Assembly: GCA_964453405.1 (NCBI GenBank)
Contig: CAYVOF010000001.1
Span: 1,531-65,530, forward strand
Direction: 5' to 3'
Length of the DNA stretch: 64,000 nt
DNA from: an uncultured Candidatus Saccharibacteria bacterium
GTDB lineage: Bacteria; Patescibacteriota; Doudnabacteria; UBA920
Below the pieces are notes generated by a model. It saw nothing but the letters and a program-made list of their open reading frames with translations. It was not told the origin of the DNA and made no database searches. Shown here piece after piece: positions 10,043 to 20,055 of the stretch (position 1 is the stretch's first letter; each line of letters opens with the position of its first letter). The translations under genes and the position numbers were made by a program.

Positions 10043-11239
10043 ATGATAATTACTATAATAATCACTCTTGTAATATTTTTCACAATCCTTAGTCTGCTCG
10101 TCTTTGTACACGAAGCTGGCCATTTTATTATGGCTCGTCGCGCCGGTATGGGTGTGCATGAATTTGGATTTGGGTTTCCGCCGCGCGTGGTAGGGATTCA
10201 AAAGCAGAACGGAAAGTGGCGCGTGGTGTGGGGTAAAAAGAAGGTTGATCCAGGTCACACGGTTTATTCTATTAATGCTTTTCCTCTTGGCGGCTTTGTA
10301 AAGATTATGGGTGAAGATGGTGAGGAAACTGAAATGGGTGACGGAGGATGGATTAAGGGTAAAGATGGCAAAGTCGATGGTTCTCAAAAAAGTTTTACTC
10401 ATAAATCTTTTTGGGCACGGTTTAGTGTTTTGTTTGCTGGCGTGGCTATGAATGTGATTACTGCCTGGGTGATTTTATCTGTTGGATTTATGATTGGGCT
10501 ACCGATCGCTGTTAATGCTTTAGATGAAGTTCCTCAAAACGCTAAATTTTCTAACCAACAAATTTTAATTGGCCAAGTAAAAGATGAAAGTCCGGCAGCT
10601 AAAGCTGGTTTGAAAGATAGTGACATCATTACTTCGGTGGATGGTCAAAAAATTACTGATATCACTCAACTCCAAGATTATATAAAAGCCCATCAAGGTC
10701 AAAAGATGAATTTTGTAGTACAGCGCATTAACGAAACTATTACTGCCGAAGTTGATACTTCTACTGTAACAGATCCATCCAAAGGAATTGTAGGAATTGG
10801 TTTAGCCTATTATGGCAAAATAAAATTTGGACCAGTGCAAGCTATTTGGCATGGCGCTCAAACTACCGTTAATCAATTACAAGCTATTGCAAATGGGATA
10901 ATTAAAATTTTTAGCACTAAAGAAGGAGTTAAGGGAGTTGGTGGGCCAATCAAGATCGCTCAACTTACAGGGCAGGTTGCTGACTTAGGTATTTTGCCGC
11001 TGCTTCAATTTACTGCGTTTTTATCGCTTAACCTAGCCATCTTAAATACTTTACCTTTCCCAGCTTTGGATGGCGGTCGCATGTTATTCTTAATTATCGA
11101 AAAACTTCGCGGCAAACCCAATAAACAATCTATCGAACAGTATGCCAACGCCATTGGGTTTGTGTTATTGTTACTGCTAATGGCGGTCATCACAGTACGT
11201 GACGTATCGCAACTTCAGGTTATTAAGAATTTATTTTAA
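10043..11239 (+). CDS. rseP: RIP metalloprotease RseP (M50) with PDZ domain
   Basis: HEAGH, NTLPFPALDGG, PDZ segment. Confidence 0.93.
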   Translation: MIITIIITLVIFFTILSLLVFVHEAGHFIMARRAGMGVHEFGFGFPPRVVGIQKQNGKWRVVWGKKKVDPGHTVYSINAFPLGGFVKIMGEDGEETEMGDGGWIKGKDGKVDGSQKSFTHKSFWARFSVLFAGVAMNVITAWVILSVGFMIGLPIAVNALDEVPQNAKFSNQQILIGQVKDESPAAKAGLKDSDIITSVDGQKITDITQLQDYIKAHQGQKMNFVVQRINETITAEVDTSTVTDPSKGIVGIGLAYYGKIKFGPVQAIWHGAQTTVNQLQAIANGIIKIFSTKEGVKGVGGPIKIAQLTGQVADLGILPLLQFTAFLSLNLAILNTLPFPALDGGRMLFLIIEKLRGKPNKQSIEQYANAIGFVLLLLLMAVITVRDVSQLQVIKNLF

Positions 11240-11248
11240 AGGAGTTTC

Positions 11249-12511
11249 ATGAAACAGTCACAATATTTTTTAAAAACTTCCAAAACAGTTTTCAAAGATG
11301 ACGTTTCTATTAACGCACGCTTATTAGAGCAGGGTGGTTTTGTGCAAAAGGTTATGGCCGGGGTGTACTCATATTTGCCTTTGGGTGTGCGGGTTTTGCA
11401 AAAAATTGAGAATATCATCCGCGAAGAAATGAATACTATCGGCGCTAACGAAATATTAATGCCTTCACTTCAGCCATCTAAAAATTGGGTTACTACGGGT
11501 CGCTGGGATACATTAGATGTTTTGTTTAAACTAGGCTCTCGTCATCCTAATAACGGTGATCCTCTACCGGCATCATATAGTTATGCATTAGGACCAACGC
11601 ATGAAGAAATCGTCACTCCGATGGCGAAAAGTATTATTTCGTCTTACCGAGATTTGCCCTTGGCTGTTTATCAGATTCAAACTAAGTTTCGTGATGAAGC
11701 TCGGGCAAAGTCTGGTTTAATGCGCGGCCGCGAATTTAGAATGAAAGATTTATATAGCTTTCATGCTTCCGAAGAAGATTTAGCAAAATATTACAAAGTT
11801 GTAGCTGGAGCTTATAAAAAGATTTTTGAAAGATTAGGTATACCAGCTTTGTATGTTGAAGCCTCTGGTGGAACGTTTGCTAAATATTCTCATGAGTTTC
11901 AAGTTGAAACAGAAAGCGGCGAGGATACAATTTATGTCTGTAATAATTGTAGCTTAGCTGTTAATAAAGAAATTTTTGACGACAAAAAGATTTGTACAGA
12001 TTGTGGCAAACAGGATTATCGCGAAACTAAGGCTAGCGAAGTAGGAAATATTTTTGAGCTTAAAACTAAATTCTCTGATAGTTTTAATTTAAAGTTCACT
12101 GCCGAAGACGGATCTTTGCAGTCTGTAATCATGGGTTGTTATGGAATTGGTCCATCACGGTGTATGGGCGTAATAGTAGAGCAGAGTAATGACGAAAACG
12201 GAATCATTTGGCCAGAAAGTGTCGCTCCCTTTATGGTTCATTTGATTGCTATTGCTGGTAAGGATCCAGCAGTTACTACCGCGGCTGATAAACTTTACAC
12301 AGATCTACAAGCTGCTAACATCGAAGTTTTATACGATGATCGGGATATGAGCGCAGGCGCAAAATTTGCAGACAGCGATTTGATTGGTATTCCTAATCGA
12401 ATAGTAGTCTCTAGCAAGACTCTGGCGGAAAATAGCGTGGAATTAAAAAAGCGAACCGAATCAGAATCCGGATTAGTTTCAATAGGTGAGATCATTACAA
12501 GATTGAAATAA
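11249..12511 (+). CDS. proS: Prolyl-tRNA synthetase (short form, apparently no editing insertion)
   Basis: LGPTHEE, QTKFRDE, GLMRGREF, MGCYGIG, anticodon-binding domain. Confidence 0.95.
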   Translation: MKQSQYFLKTSKTVFKDDVSINARLLEQGGFVQKVMAGVYSYLPLGVRVLQKIENIIREEMNTIGANEILMPSLQPSKNWVTTGRWDTLDVLFKLGSRHPNNGDPLPASYSYALGPTHEEIVTPMAKSIISSYRDLPLAVYQIQTKFRDEARAKSGLMRGREFRMKDLYSFHASEEDLAKYYKVVAGAYKKIFERLGIPALYVEASGGTFAKYSHEFQVETESGEDTIYVCNNCSLAVNKEIFDDKKICTDCGKQDYRETKASEVGNIFELKTKFSDSFNLKFTAEDGSLQSVIMGCYGIGPSRCMGVIVEQSNDENGIIWPESVAPFMVHLIAIAGKDPAVTTAADKLYTDLQAANIEVLYDDRDMSAGAKFADSDLIGIPNRIVVSSKTLAENSVELKKRTESESGLVSIGEIITRLK

Positions 12512-12540
12512 AAAAAGGCCAGCAGTTTGCTGGCTTTTTT
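12511..12540. terminator. Bidirectional intrinsic terminator
   Basis: A-tract-gccagca-gtt-tgctggc-T-tract between convergent genes. Confidence 0.8.
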
Positions 12541-12552
12541 AATATCATAATT

Positions 12553-12843
12553 TTATATTTCGTTGTCGATAACAGCTAACCTGACATAACTTCGTCTCTC
12601 AATCATTCGGTAGGGATACCCTTTGAATGAGCGAAAAATGTTGTTAAAAGTTTCCATCATTGCGTATCCGCTGGTGAACCTAGATTTAAGAATTGTCATT
12701 ACTTGATAATAAGACATTTTTTTCTCTTTGCTTTTCCAGATACCCATAATGACTTGACTCTCTTTTTCACCCCAAGGAAGTTTTTTAATCTTATGCCAAT
12801 CAGCCTTTGTCAGAACAAGAGAAATTATTTTTGATCTACCCAT
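12553..12843 (-). CDS. Hypothetical basic protein (accessory unit)
   Basis: TTGCCT-17-TACTTT at 12911-12883, GGGAGG SD. Confidence 0.65.
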   Translation of the reverse strand: MGRSKIISLVLTKADWHKIKKLPWGEKESQVIMGIWKSKEKKMSYYQVMTILKSRFTSGYAMMETFNNIFRSFKGYPYRMIERRSYVRLAVIDNEI

Positions 12844-12954
12844 ACATCCTCCCTAAAATTCTCTATAACTACTGTATTAGTCAAAGTACCACATTTATAA
12901 TGTATAGGCAAGAGTCCTGTTTACACCTCCCCAAAACCACGCTAATATACATGT

Positions 12955-14007
12955 ATGTTTGACGCAATATTTAAACGATTTTCGCAAGATCTAGGGATAG
13001 ATCTAGGAACCGCGAATACCCTCGTCTATGTTAAAGGCAAGGGTATTGTTATCAATGAGCCTTCTGTGGTGGCGATAAACCAGAGAACTAAGCAGATTTT
13101 GGCTATTGGTACCGAAGCCCAGCGTATGGTGGGCCGTACTCCGACGCACATTGTCGCAACCCGCCCATTAGTAGATGGGGTAGTTTCGGATTTCGAAATT
13201 ACCGAAGCCATGCTTCGCTATTTTATCGACAAAGTTCACAATCAAACTTATTCGTTTTTGCGCCGTCCGCGAGTGGTCATTGGTATTCCGTCGGGTGTGA
13301 CAGAAGTTGAAAAGCGCGCGGTTCAAGACGCAGCGATAAACGCTGGCGCACGGGAAGCCTTCCTTATAGAAGAACCAATGGCGGCCAGTATCGGCGCGCG
13401 CCTTCCTGTTCAGGATGCAACTGGTTCAATGATAATTGATATCGGCGGTGGTACAACCGAAATCGCTGTGTTATCTCTTGGTGGCGTTGTTATCGCTCGC
13501 AGTCTGCGAGTTGCTGGTGATGTGATGAATGAACACATCGTGCAGTACGCGCGTGATAATTTTGGTATGCTTATCGGCTCACGCACAGCCGAAGATTTAA
13601 AAATCAAAATTGGTTCTTGCTATCCGCTTGCCGAACCTCTTACTAGCCAGATGCGTGGCCGTGATTTAGTTTCGGGTTTGCCTAAAGAAATCATGATCAG
13701 CGATAGTCATATTCGCGAAGCGTTAACTCCTTCAATTAAATCTATCGTTAACAACGTTAAAGCAGTTATCGAAGAAATTCCACCAGAAATTATTTCTGAC
13801 ATTATGCATCGAGGAATCATCCTTGCTGGTGGCGGTGCTTTATTGCGCGGTTTGGATCATCTACTTCATGACGAAACAAAAATGCCTGTCACAATAGCTG
13901 ATGATCCACTAACTTGTGTGGCTCGCGGCTGCGGTATTGTAGTTGAAGAATTGGAAGCTCTTCATGATGTATTACTTCCTACAGATTTTTCCCGTATTCC
14001 TCGTTAA
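12955..14007 (+). CDS. mreB: Rod shape-determining protein MreB
   Basis: GIDLGTANT, IDIGGGTTE, LAGGGALL. Confidence 0.98.
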   Translation: MFDAIFKRFSQDLGIDLGTANTLVYVKGKGIVINEPSVVAINQRTKQILAIGTEAQRMVGRTPTHIVATRPLVDGVVSDFEITEAMLRYFIDKVHNQTYSFLRRPRVVIGIPSGVTEVEKRAVQDAAINAGAREAFLIEEPMAASIGARLPVQDATGSMIIDIGGGTTEIAVLSLGGVVIARSLRVAGDVMNEHIVQYARDNFGMLIGSRTAEDLKIKIGSCYPLAEPLTSQMRGRDLVSGLPKEIMISDSHIREALTPSIKSIVNNVKAVIEEIPPEIISDIMHRGIILAGGGALLRGLDHLLHDETKMPVTIADDPLTCVARGCGIVVEELEALHDVLLPTDFSRIPR

Positions 14008-14027
14008 GGATTAATTTTTATATTTAT

Positions 14028-14134
14028 ATGATGGGAAGTGTCATGTAAGGAAACTATCTGAGCACAGCTTTCCGTTCACGAAGTGAACGAAGAAAGCGTA
14101 GCGAAGCTTGTTGACGAATGACACTTCCCATCAT
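14028..14134 (+). other. Structured intergenic element, copy 1 (candidate ncRNA/ssDNA motif)
   Basis: Perfect 17-bp inverted repeat enclosing ACTATC-tgag-CACAG, a bulged hairpin and CGTAG; core shared with 43986-44101. Confidence 0.7.
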
Positions 14135-14149
14135 CCTTAAAAATAAAAA

Positions 14150-14947
14150 ATGAGATTTATATATACTAAAACATTCTTAATATTCGCCGGTGTTCTAGTT
14201 GCAGTGGTAATAGCACTTTTTCTTCAGGTCAACGGTTGGCTGGGCGGTATTCAGTATTTATTTGCCCAGGCACCAAAACCTGTGGCTAATATTGTGTCTA
14301 CAATTTTTAGGCCTGTGACAACTGTTATAAGCACACTAAGTTCATTACGAGGAGTGGTTCAAGAAAATAACCAATTAAAAACCGAATTAACAGATTTACG
14401 TCAAAAGCAAGTGGTTACAGAGCAGTTGAAAATTGAAAACGAATTGCTAAAAAATGAATTAGGCTTTAAATCCAAATCTCCTTATAACTTACAGCCGTGT
14501 ACAATTTTATCGCGCGACACTCAAGAGACTACTGATGCGCTAATTTTAAGTTGCGGTTTAAATGACGGAGTAGCGATTGGTCAGCCGGTGATTAGTCAAG
14601 GTTATTTAGTGGCAAAAGTTGTTTATGTGGGTAGTTTAAGCTCGACTGCCGTCTTAATTACCAATAGTCAGACTTCTGTGGATGCTAAGGCTTCTAAAAA
14701 TAATACCGAGGGGGTGCTTAAAGGTTCATTTGGTTCAGGATTAGTTTTTGACTTAGTTTCTCAAAGCGCTGATATTGCACCTGGAGATCTAGTTGTAACA
14801 GCTGGGATCGATCCACAAATTCCTAAAAATATTTTAATTGGTACAATAGGGCAGCAACTTTCTGGTCCAAACGATTTATTCAAAAAATTAACTTTAGTGT
14901 CACCGATTAAAGCTCATCAACTGGATTATGTATTTGTAGTAAAATAA
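14150..14947 (+). CDS. mreC: Rod shape-determining protein MreC
   Basis: TM plus coiled coil, GDLVVTAG; follows mreB. Confidence 0.92.
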   Translation: MRFIYTKTFLIFAGVLVAVVIALFLQVNGWLGGIQYLFAQAPKPVANIVSTIFRPVTTVISTLSSLRGVVQENNQLKTELTDLRQKQVVTEQLKIENELLKNELGFKSKSPYNLQPCTILSRDTQETTDALILSCGLNDGVAIGQPVISQGYLVAKVVYVGSLSSTAVLITNSQTSVDAKASKNNTEGVLKGSFGSGLVFDLVSQSADIAPGDLVVTAGIDPQIPKNILIGTIGQQLSGPNDLFKKLTLVSPIKAHQLDYVFVVK

Positions 14948-14951
14948 TTTT

Positions 14952-15497
14952 ATGAAGTGGATCGTCTATATAGTAATTATATTAGTAGTAGTGATCATTG
15001 ATCAGAGTTTGTTCAATGTTTTTCATTTAGGCCGCTATACACCTGATTTGCTTCTGTTATTTATCTTAGCCACTGTATGGTCCTTTAATAATTATGACTT
15101 TTTAATATTTGCGGTACTCGGTGGATTTTGGTTAGAAACCTTATCTGGCCTGCCAGTTGGCAGTTTGATTCTCGGCCTGATCATTACTGGTAGTTTGGCT
15201 TATGTATTAATTAATAGATGGCTATTTTCCGAAAAGCCATGGCAGTATTTTTTTGGAGCTATGGTGATTGGTACTATATTAGTTCATGTCTGGATGTGGC
15301 TTTACACGAGTGTGTTAGCTATGTTTGGCTGGAGCCATGTTACTATTAGTGGGCAAGGAATGCTCCGTGGATTAATCCCGGCCTTGTTAATTAATATCGT
15401 GTTTACTTATCCAATTTTAATTGTTATTGAATCTTTGGCCAAAATTACTCAGCGTTCCGGCGGTGGAGTTGGTGGTCAGTCAATTTATAAACTTTAA
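14952..15497 (+). CDS. mreD: MreD-like membrane protein
   Basis: Polytopic, PDLLL motif, lies between mreC and PBP2. Confidence 0.7.
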   Translation: MKWIVYIVIILVVVIIDQSLFNVFHLGRYTPDLLLLFILATVWSFNNYDFLIFAVLGGFWLETLSGLPVGSLILGLIITGSLAYVLINRWLFSEKPWQYFFGAMVIGTILVHVWMWLYTSVLAMFGWSHVTISGQGMLRGLIPALLINIVFTYPILIVIESLAKITQRSGGGVGGQSIYKL

Positions 15498-15506
15498 GCT
15501 TTAAAT

Positions 15507-17486
15507 ATGCGTCAATCTCGTTTTAATCCATTTTCTACAACGCGATCATCAGATTCGGCCTCAGGCCAAGTTAAATCTGGGCTTGGTTTGGAGTGGGAAG
15601 AAGGTGTTAGTGGGCAAGCAACGCAGGTGCAGGCTTTTGATGAAGATTCTCGCGTAGAACGAAAAATAAAGTGGCCAAAGTGGTTATTATTAGCTGCTTG
15701 TATTATTTTAGGAGGTCAGCTATTTAACTTGCAGGTTATGCAAGGCAGTAATCTTCGCGCTTTAGCCGAAGGTAATCGTTTGCGTTTACAAACTATTTTA
15801 GCGCCGCGCGGCTTTATTCAGGATCGCAATGGCGAAACAATTGCTAAAAATACTGCCAGCTTTAACTTAGCTGTGACGCCGGTGGATTTACCGAAAGACA
15901 ACCGTAGTGAAACTTTTGAACTTATTTCCCAAAAATTTGGCGTACCGAGCAGCGAGATAGAAGCTAAATTAAAATCTGCTATTGGCGGCGTACTTGAGCC
16001 GATTATTATTAAGCGCAATATTACTCAGCAAGAAAGTATTCAGTTTGAAGTGTTAAAAAATAAATTGCCAGGGTTTTCTTTAGTTAACATTCCGGTTCGC
16101 GATTATGTATCGCCAGAAGTATTTTCACATTTACTTGGCTATACCGGAATAATTTCTGACGAGCAATATAAATCTCTAAAATCCGAAGATTACGGCCTCA
16201 ATGATTTTATCGGCAAGTCTGGTATTGAACAATCTTACGAAAAATATATCCGCGGTGTTAACGGTAATAAGCAGGTGGAAGTTGATAGCTCAGGTTTGCC
16301 TATCAAAGAGTTAGGTGAAGCTCAACCGCAACCGGGGAATATCGTTCAGTTAAATATTGACGCAGGTTTGCAAAAAAAGTTGTATGACGATTTTACTGCC
16401 AGCTCGGTGGGAAACAAAGGTGCGGCTGTGGCAATTAATCCAAAAACTGGTGAAGTATTGGCTTTGGTTTCGGTGCCAGGATTTAACAATAATTTATTCG
16501 CACCTGGAATTAAAACCGATGATTATAATGCGCTGGTTAATAATAAATATTTGCCGCTGTTTAATCGTGCGGTCAGCGGGACTTATCCGCCAGGTTCAAC
16601 TATTAAACCAGTTGGCGCAGCTGCGGTATTGCAAGAGAGAATTGTTACGCCTGATACAGTAGTTAATGATAATGGCGTGCTGGTGATTCCGAATCAGTTT
16701 GATCCAAGCGTGTCGTATAATTTTTATGGCTGGAAGCGCGACGGTTTGGGTGCTATGAATGTGCGTTCGGCAATTGCGCAAAGTAGCGATATTTATTTTT
16801 ATACTGTGGCTGGTGGTCACCCTAATTCGAAGATAAAAGGAATTGGTGCCGATAAGTTAGCTGAATATTACAGAAAATTTGGTATGGGTGCATTAACCGG
16901 AATTGATATTAATGGAGAAAAAACTGGCCGTGTAGCTGATCCAGCTTGGAAAGCAGCTTATTACAAAGATGATGCTTTGCTCGGTAAGTGGTATTTGGGA
17001 GACACTTATCATATCGCTATTGGGCAAGGAGATATTTTAGCAACTCCATTACAAGTGGCTGTATGGACCGCTGCAATTGCAAATAATGGCGTGTTAAATC
17101 GTCCGCATTTATTGAAACAAGTTTTGGATCAATCAGGTAAAACTATTTTTACGCCGCAAGTTCAAACGTTAATTAATACGGGGATAAGTTTAGAAAATCT
17201 TAAAGTTGTTCAAGAAGGTATGCGAGATAACGTAACTACTGCCAAGGGTAGTGGTCGCAGTTTGGCGAACTTGCCGATTACTGCAGCTGGTAAAACTGGG
17301 ACCTCTCAGTTTGACGGTTCTGATCCAAGTCGTACTCATGCTTGGTATACAGCTTATGCACCATACGAAGATCCTCAAATCGTGATCACAGTTTTGGTAG
17401 AAGCCGGTGGAGAAGGTCATGCTGCATCTGTACCGATTGTTAAAAATGCTTTGGACTGGTGGGCAAAGAACAGGATGGGAAAATGA
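15507..17486 (+). CDS. mrdA: Penicillin-binding protein 2
   Basis: APRGFIQDRNG, PGSTIK (SxxK), SSD, KTG. Confidence 0.95.
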   Translation: MRQSRFNPFSTTRSSDSASGQVKSGLGLEWEEGVSGQATQVQAFDEDSRVERKIKWPKWLLLAACIILGGQLFNLQVMQGSNLRALAEGNRLRLQTILAPRGFIQDRNGETIAKNTASFNLAVTPVDLPKDNRSETFELISQKFGVPSSEIEAKLKSAIGGVLEPIIIKRNITQQESIQFEVLKNKLPGFSLVNIPVRDYVSPEVFSHLLGYTGIISDEQYKSLKSEDYGLNDFIGKSGIEQSYEKYIRGVNGNKQVEVDSSGLPIKELGEAQPQPGNIVQLNIDAGLQKKLYDDFTASSVGNKGAAVAINPKTGEVLALVSVPGFNNNLFAPGIKTDDYNALVNNKYLPLFNRAVSGTYPPGSTIKPVGAAAVLQERIVTPDTVVNDNGVLVIPNQFDPSVSYNFYGWKRDGLGAMNVRSAIAQSSDIYFYTVAGGHPNSKIKGIGADKLAEYYRKFGMGALTGIDINGEKTGRVADPAWKAAYYKDDALLGKWYLGDTYHIAIGQGDILATPLQVAVWTAAIANNGVLNRPHLLKQVLDQSGKTIFTPQVQTLINTGISLENLKVVQEGMRDNVTTAKGSGRSLANLPITAAGKTGTSQFDGSDPSRTHAWYTAYAPYEDPQIVITVLVEAGGEGHAASVPIVKNALDWWAKNRMGK

Positions 17487-18340
17487 TTATAGATGGACGC
17501 GCTTTAGCGCAAGAATTAAATTTACAGACTCAATCTCGGGTTAATCAGTTGTCGGTTCGACCGTTGCTGATTGATGTAGTAGTTGGTAATGATCCGGCGT
17601 CTTTATCGTATGTTGGAATAAAAGAACGAACTGCTAAAAAGTATGGACTGGCTTTTGAGTCAAAATATTTGCCCGAGCTTAGTACTACCGAAGATGTTGT
17701 TAAAGTTATTGAAGAATTAATTGAACGACCTGAGCTAACAGGTTTAATTGTTCAATTACCTTTGCCAAAACATTTAGATCAGCAAAAAATTGTCGAAGCG
17801 ATTCCAGAGAATGTTGATGTGGATTTGTTAAATCCTCAATCAGTGGAAAAGTTTTATAACGGTGACGTTATAGATGATTCTCAGCTCATACCCCCGACTG
17901 CGGCGGCAATTCTGCACATAATAGATTCATTGCCCGAGCCTTGGCCGCAAAAAAAGTTTTTAGTTGTCGGCCGCGGCGAGCTAGTCGGAAAACCAATCAC
18001 GCATTTGCTTCGCCAGCGCGGTTACAACGTTGATGTTGCGCATACACAAACTCCAAACACAGCTCAATTGTTATCCAATGCCGATTGTATAATTTCTGGA
18101 GTAGGGAAACCTAACTTTATTACCGGCGATCAAATCAAAGATGATGTAATTATTATTGATGCAGGTACTTCGGAAGCGCCAGACATGCCAGCTGGTGGCA
18201 CAATTGTTGGAGATGTAGACTTCGCTTCTTGCGAACCTAAAGCAAAGTACATTACGCCTGTTCCTAGGGGTGTTGGACCACTTACAGTAGCCAAGCTCTT
18301 GGAAAATGTTGTAAAGGTGGCTGAGTTAAGCCAAAAATAA
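17483..18340 (+). CDS. folD: Methylene-THF dehydrogenase/cyclohydrolase
   Basis: IIDGRALA, VQLPLP, VGDVDF, TPVPRGVGPLT; ATGA overlap with mrdA. Confidence 0.93.
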   Translation: MIIDGRALAQELNLQTQSRVNQLSVRPLLIDVVVGNDPASLSYVGIKERTAKKYGLAFESKYLPELSTTEDVVKVIEELIERPELTGLIVQLPLPKHLDQQKIVEAIPENVDVDLLNPQSVEKFYNGDVIDDSQLIPPTAAAILHIIDSLPEPWPQKKFLVVGRGELVGKPITHLLRQRGYNVDVAHTQTPNTAQLLSNADCIISGVGKPNFITGDQIKDDVIIIDAGTSEAPDMPAGGTIVGDVDFASCEPKAKYITPVPRGVGPLTVAKLLENVVKVAELSQK

Positions 18341-18371
18341 TTTTCTGTTTATTGGTTTCCCACAGCCTTGG

Positions 18372-18400
18372 TTGACATCCTTTCGATAAAAATGTAAACT
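18372..18400 (+). promoter_or_regulatory. sigma70 promoter of greA
   Basis: TTGACA-17-TAAACT. Confidence 0.7.
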
Positions 18401-18435
18401 AAGCGAAGTTAAGTCCATTATTTCCTAAAATTTAT

Positions 18436-18897
18436 ATGTCTAAAAAATATCTATTGACCCAAGAGGGTCTTGTTAAATTAAATGATGAGTTAAAAGTTTT
18501 GATTACAGAAAAGCGTAAAGATGTAATCGAACGTATTCGCGAAGCTGCTGCTCACGGTGATCTTTCTGAGAACGCTGACTACGCGCAAGCCCGCGAAGAA
18601 CAGAGCTTTATCGAAGGCCGTATTCAAGAAATTGAAGACATGATCAAGAACGCGGAAATCATCACACATTCTACTCAAACAAATAATGTAAGTATTGGTT
18701 CGACCGTAGTTGTAAAAGTTGATGGCGCCGAACGAACTTACTCAATTGTGGGAAGCAACGAAGCTAATCCTGGCGCTGGAAAAATTTCTAACGAATCCAC
18801 AGTAGGTAAAGCCTTGCTTGGTAAAAAAGTAGGCGACAAAGTTACAGTGAGCACAGCAGCCGGCGACAAAGAATACGAAGTCGCATCAATAAATTAA
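18436..18897 (+). CDS. greA: Transcription elongation factor GreA
   Basis: HGDLSENADY, GKISNES. Confidence 0.97.
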   Translation: MSKKYLLTQEGLVKLNDELKVLITEKRKDVIERIREAAAHGDLSENADYAQAREEQSFIEGRIQEIEDMIKNAEIITHSTQTNNVSIGSTVVVKVDGAERTYSIVGSNEANPGAGKISNESTVGKALLGKKVGDKVTVSTAAGDKEYEVASIN

Positions 18898-18901
18898 ATA
18901 T

Positions 18902-18936
18902 AAAAAAGAGCCGAACGTTAAAGCGTCCGGCTTTTT
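18902..18936. terminator. Bidirectional terminator
   Basis: Imperfect agccgaacg...cgtccggct hairpin with A/T tracts on both sides. Confidence 0.65.
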
Positions 18937-18937
18937 G

Positions 18938-19408
18938 TTAATTGCACCAATCTATATCTAGACAAGTAAATGGTGTTTTAATTGTTCTGTCGCTGTTAAA
19001 GCGATTGAACGGTGCTATGAAGACATCATGACTCATTTTGTCGTATTGTTCTACAATTTCTGTATAACGATTTGCTCCATAATAACCACTGAACTCAGGA
19101 TACGAGATCCTGGTTCCACCGCGATCATATTCGATATTTCGGCGTATGGTTTTGGCTTCTTGGGCCATCGCTTGGAATTTGCGGTACATAACTTGTTTGC
19201 CTTCTTCGGTCTGCAGGTAAACAATTTCTGACTTGTCCCCGAAATATGGTTTGATCGAGTTAATGCCTTCCATATCGCTTTTATGGGCGAAGTAACTCAC
19301 CGTCATTATCATCCCTGTTGCCAGTATTAGTATGACTACAGAGAAAGTAACAAACCAGAGTTTTGTTGGTTGTCCATTTTTTGCAAATAATTGTTTCCAA
19401 TTTTTCAT
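18938..19408 (-). CDS. Hypothetical single-TM protein
   Basis: GGAGG SD before ATG 19408; third gene of an accessory operon. Confidence 0.65.
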   Translation of the reverse strand: MKNWKQLFAKNGQPTKLWFVTFSVVILILATGMIMTVSYFAHKSDMEGINSIKPYFGDKSEIVYLQTEEGKQVMYRKFQAMAQEAKTIRRNIEYDRGGTRISYPEFSGYYGANRYTEIVEQYDKMSHDVFIAPFNRFNSDRTIKTPFTCLDIDWCN

Positions 19409-19429
19409 ACTTTCCTCCAAAATTTTCAT

Positions 19430-19669
19430 TTAAACTTTCAACCCGCATCCAGAGCAATGCTGGTATTCTTCACCAAATAGTTCTGCGACTTGGGACGATC
19501 CACTTTCTGGGTGGCCATCCTCACAATCTTTGTCAGCTGCTGCGAATGCCAATCCTTTCCCCTGTGTGATACTTATATACACCTTAAGGTTAAAATTATT
19601 ATTTCGCTCCCCGCAACCGATGCAGAATTTTTTTGTAACGGACATAGCATTACATAAATCACATGCCAT
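19430..19669 (-). CDS. Small zinc-ribbon protein
   Basis: CxxC pairs CDLC, CIGC, CSGC; GGAGG SD. Confidence 0.65.
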   Translation of the reverse strand: MACDLCNAMSVTKKFCIGCGERNNNFNLKVYISITQGKGLAFAAADKDCEDGHPESGSSQVAELFGEEYQHCSGCGLKV

Positions 19670-19685
19670 ATAGATATTCCTCCGG

Positions 19686-19940
19686 TTATTTTACTAGCTC
19701 AACAGTGTTTGAGTTTGTGGCTTTACGATTATCGGGCGCAGAATCGGTTAGTGCCATTATTCCGCAGAGCACAAGTGCAAATGCAGCAAAACTCATGAAA
19801 AGCCATAAAATTTTGCGGTTGAAGTCAAGATAGCGTTGTGGGTTAGAGTTTAGGACTCGAAACGGTTTTTTTGGAACCGCTTCCCATTTCCAACCCCATT
19901 CGTATTTATTGGAACCATCCTTTCGATTTCCACTTTCCAT
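19686..19940 (-). CDS. Hypothetical single-TM protein
   Basis: TTGACA-17-TATAAT at 19999-19971; AAGGAGG SD. Confidence 0.65.
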   Translation of the reverse strand: MESGNRKDGSNKYEWGWKWEAVPKKPFRVLNSNPQRYLDFNRKILWLFMSFAAFALVLCGIMALTDSAPDNRKATNSNTVELVK

Positions 19941-20055
19941 TTATATTGCCTCCTTAGCATATTTAGACACATTATACTTAAAATAGGCCAAAATGTCAAT
20001 ATAGGTAATTTGGCTTAGTTTTGGTATAATTTAGGGACTAAATTAACATATATTC

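Noticed and set aside
14064-14099. Group II intron domain V (AGC, 2-nt bulge)
   Set aside because: Stem lengths differ, copy 2 has AGT, and no intron domains or RT are nearby
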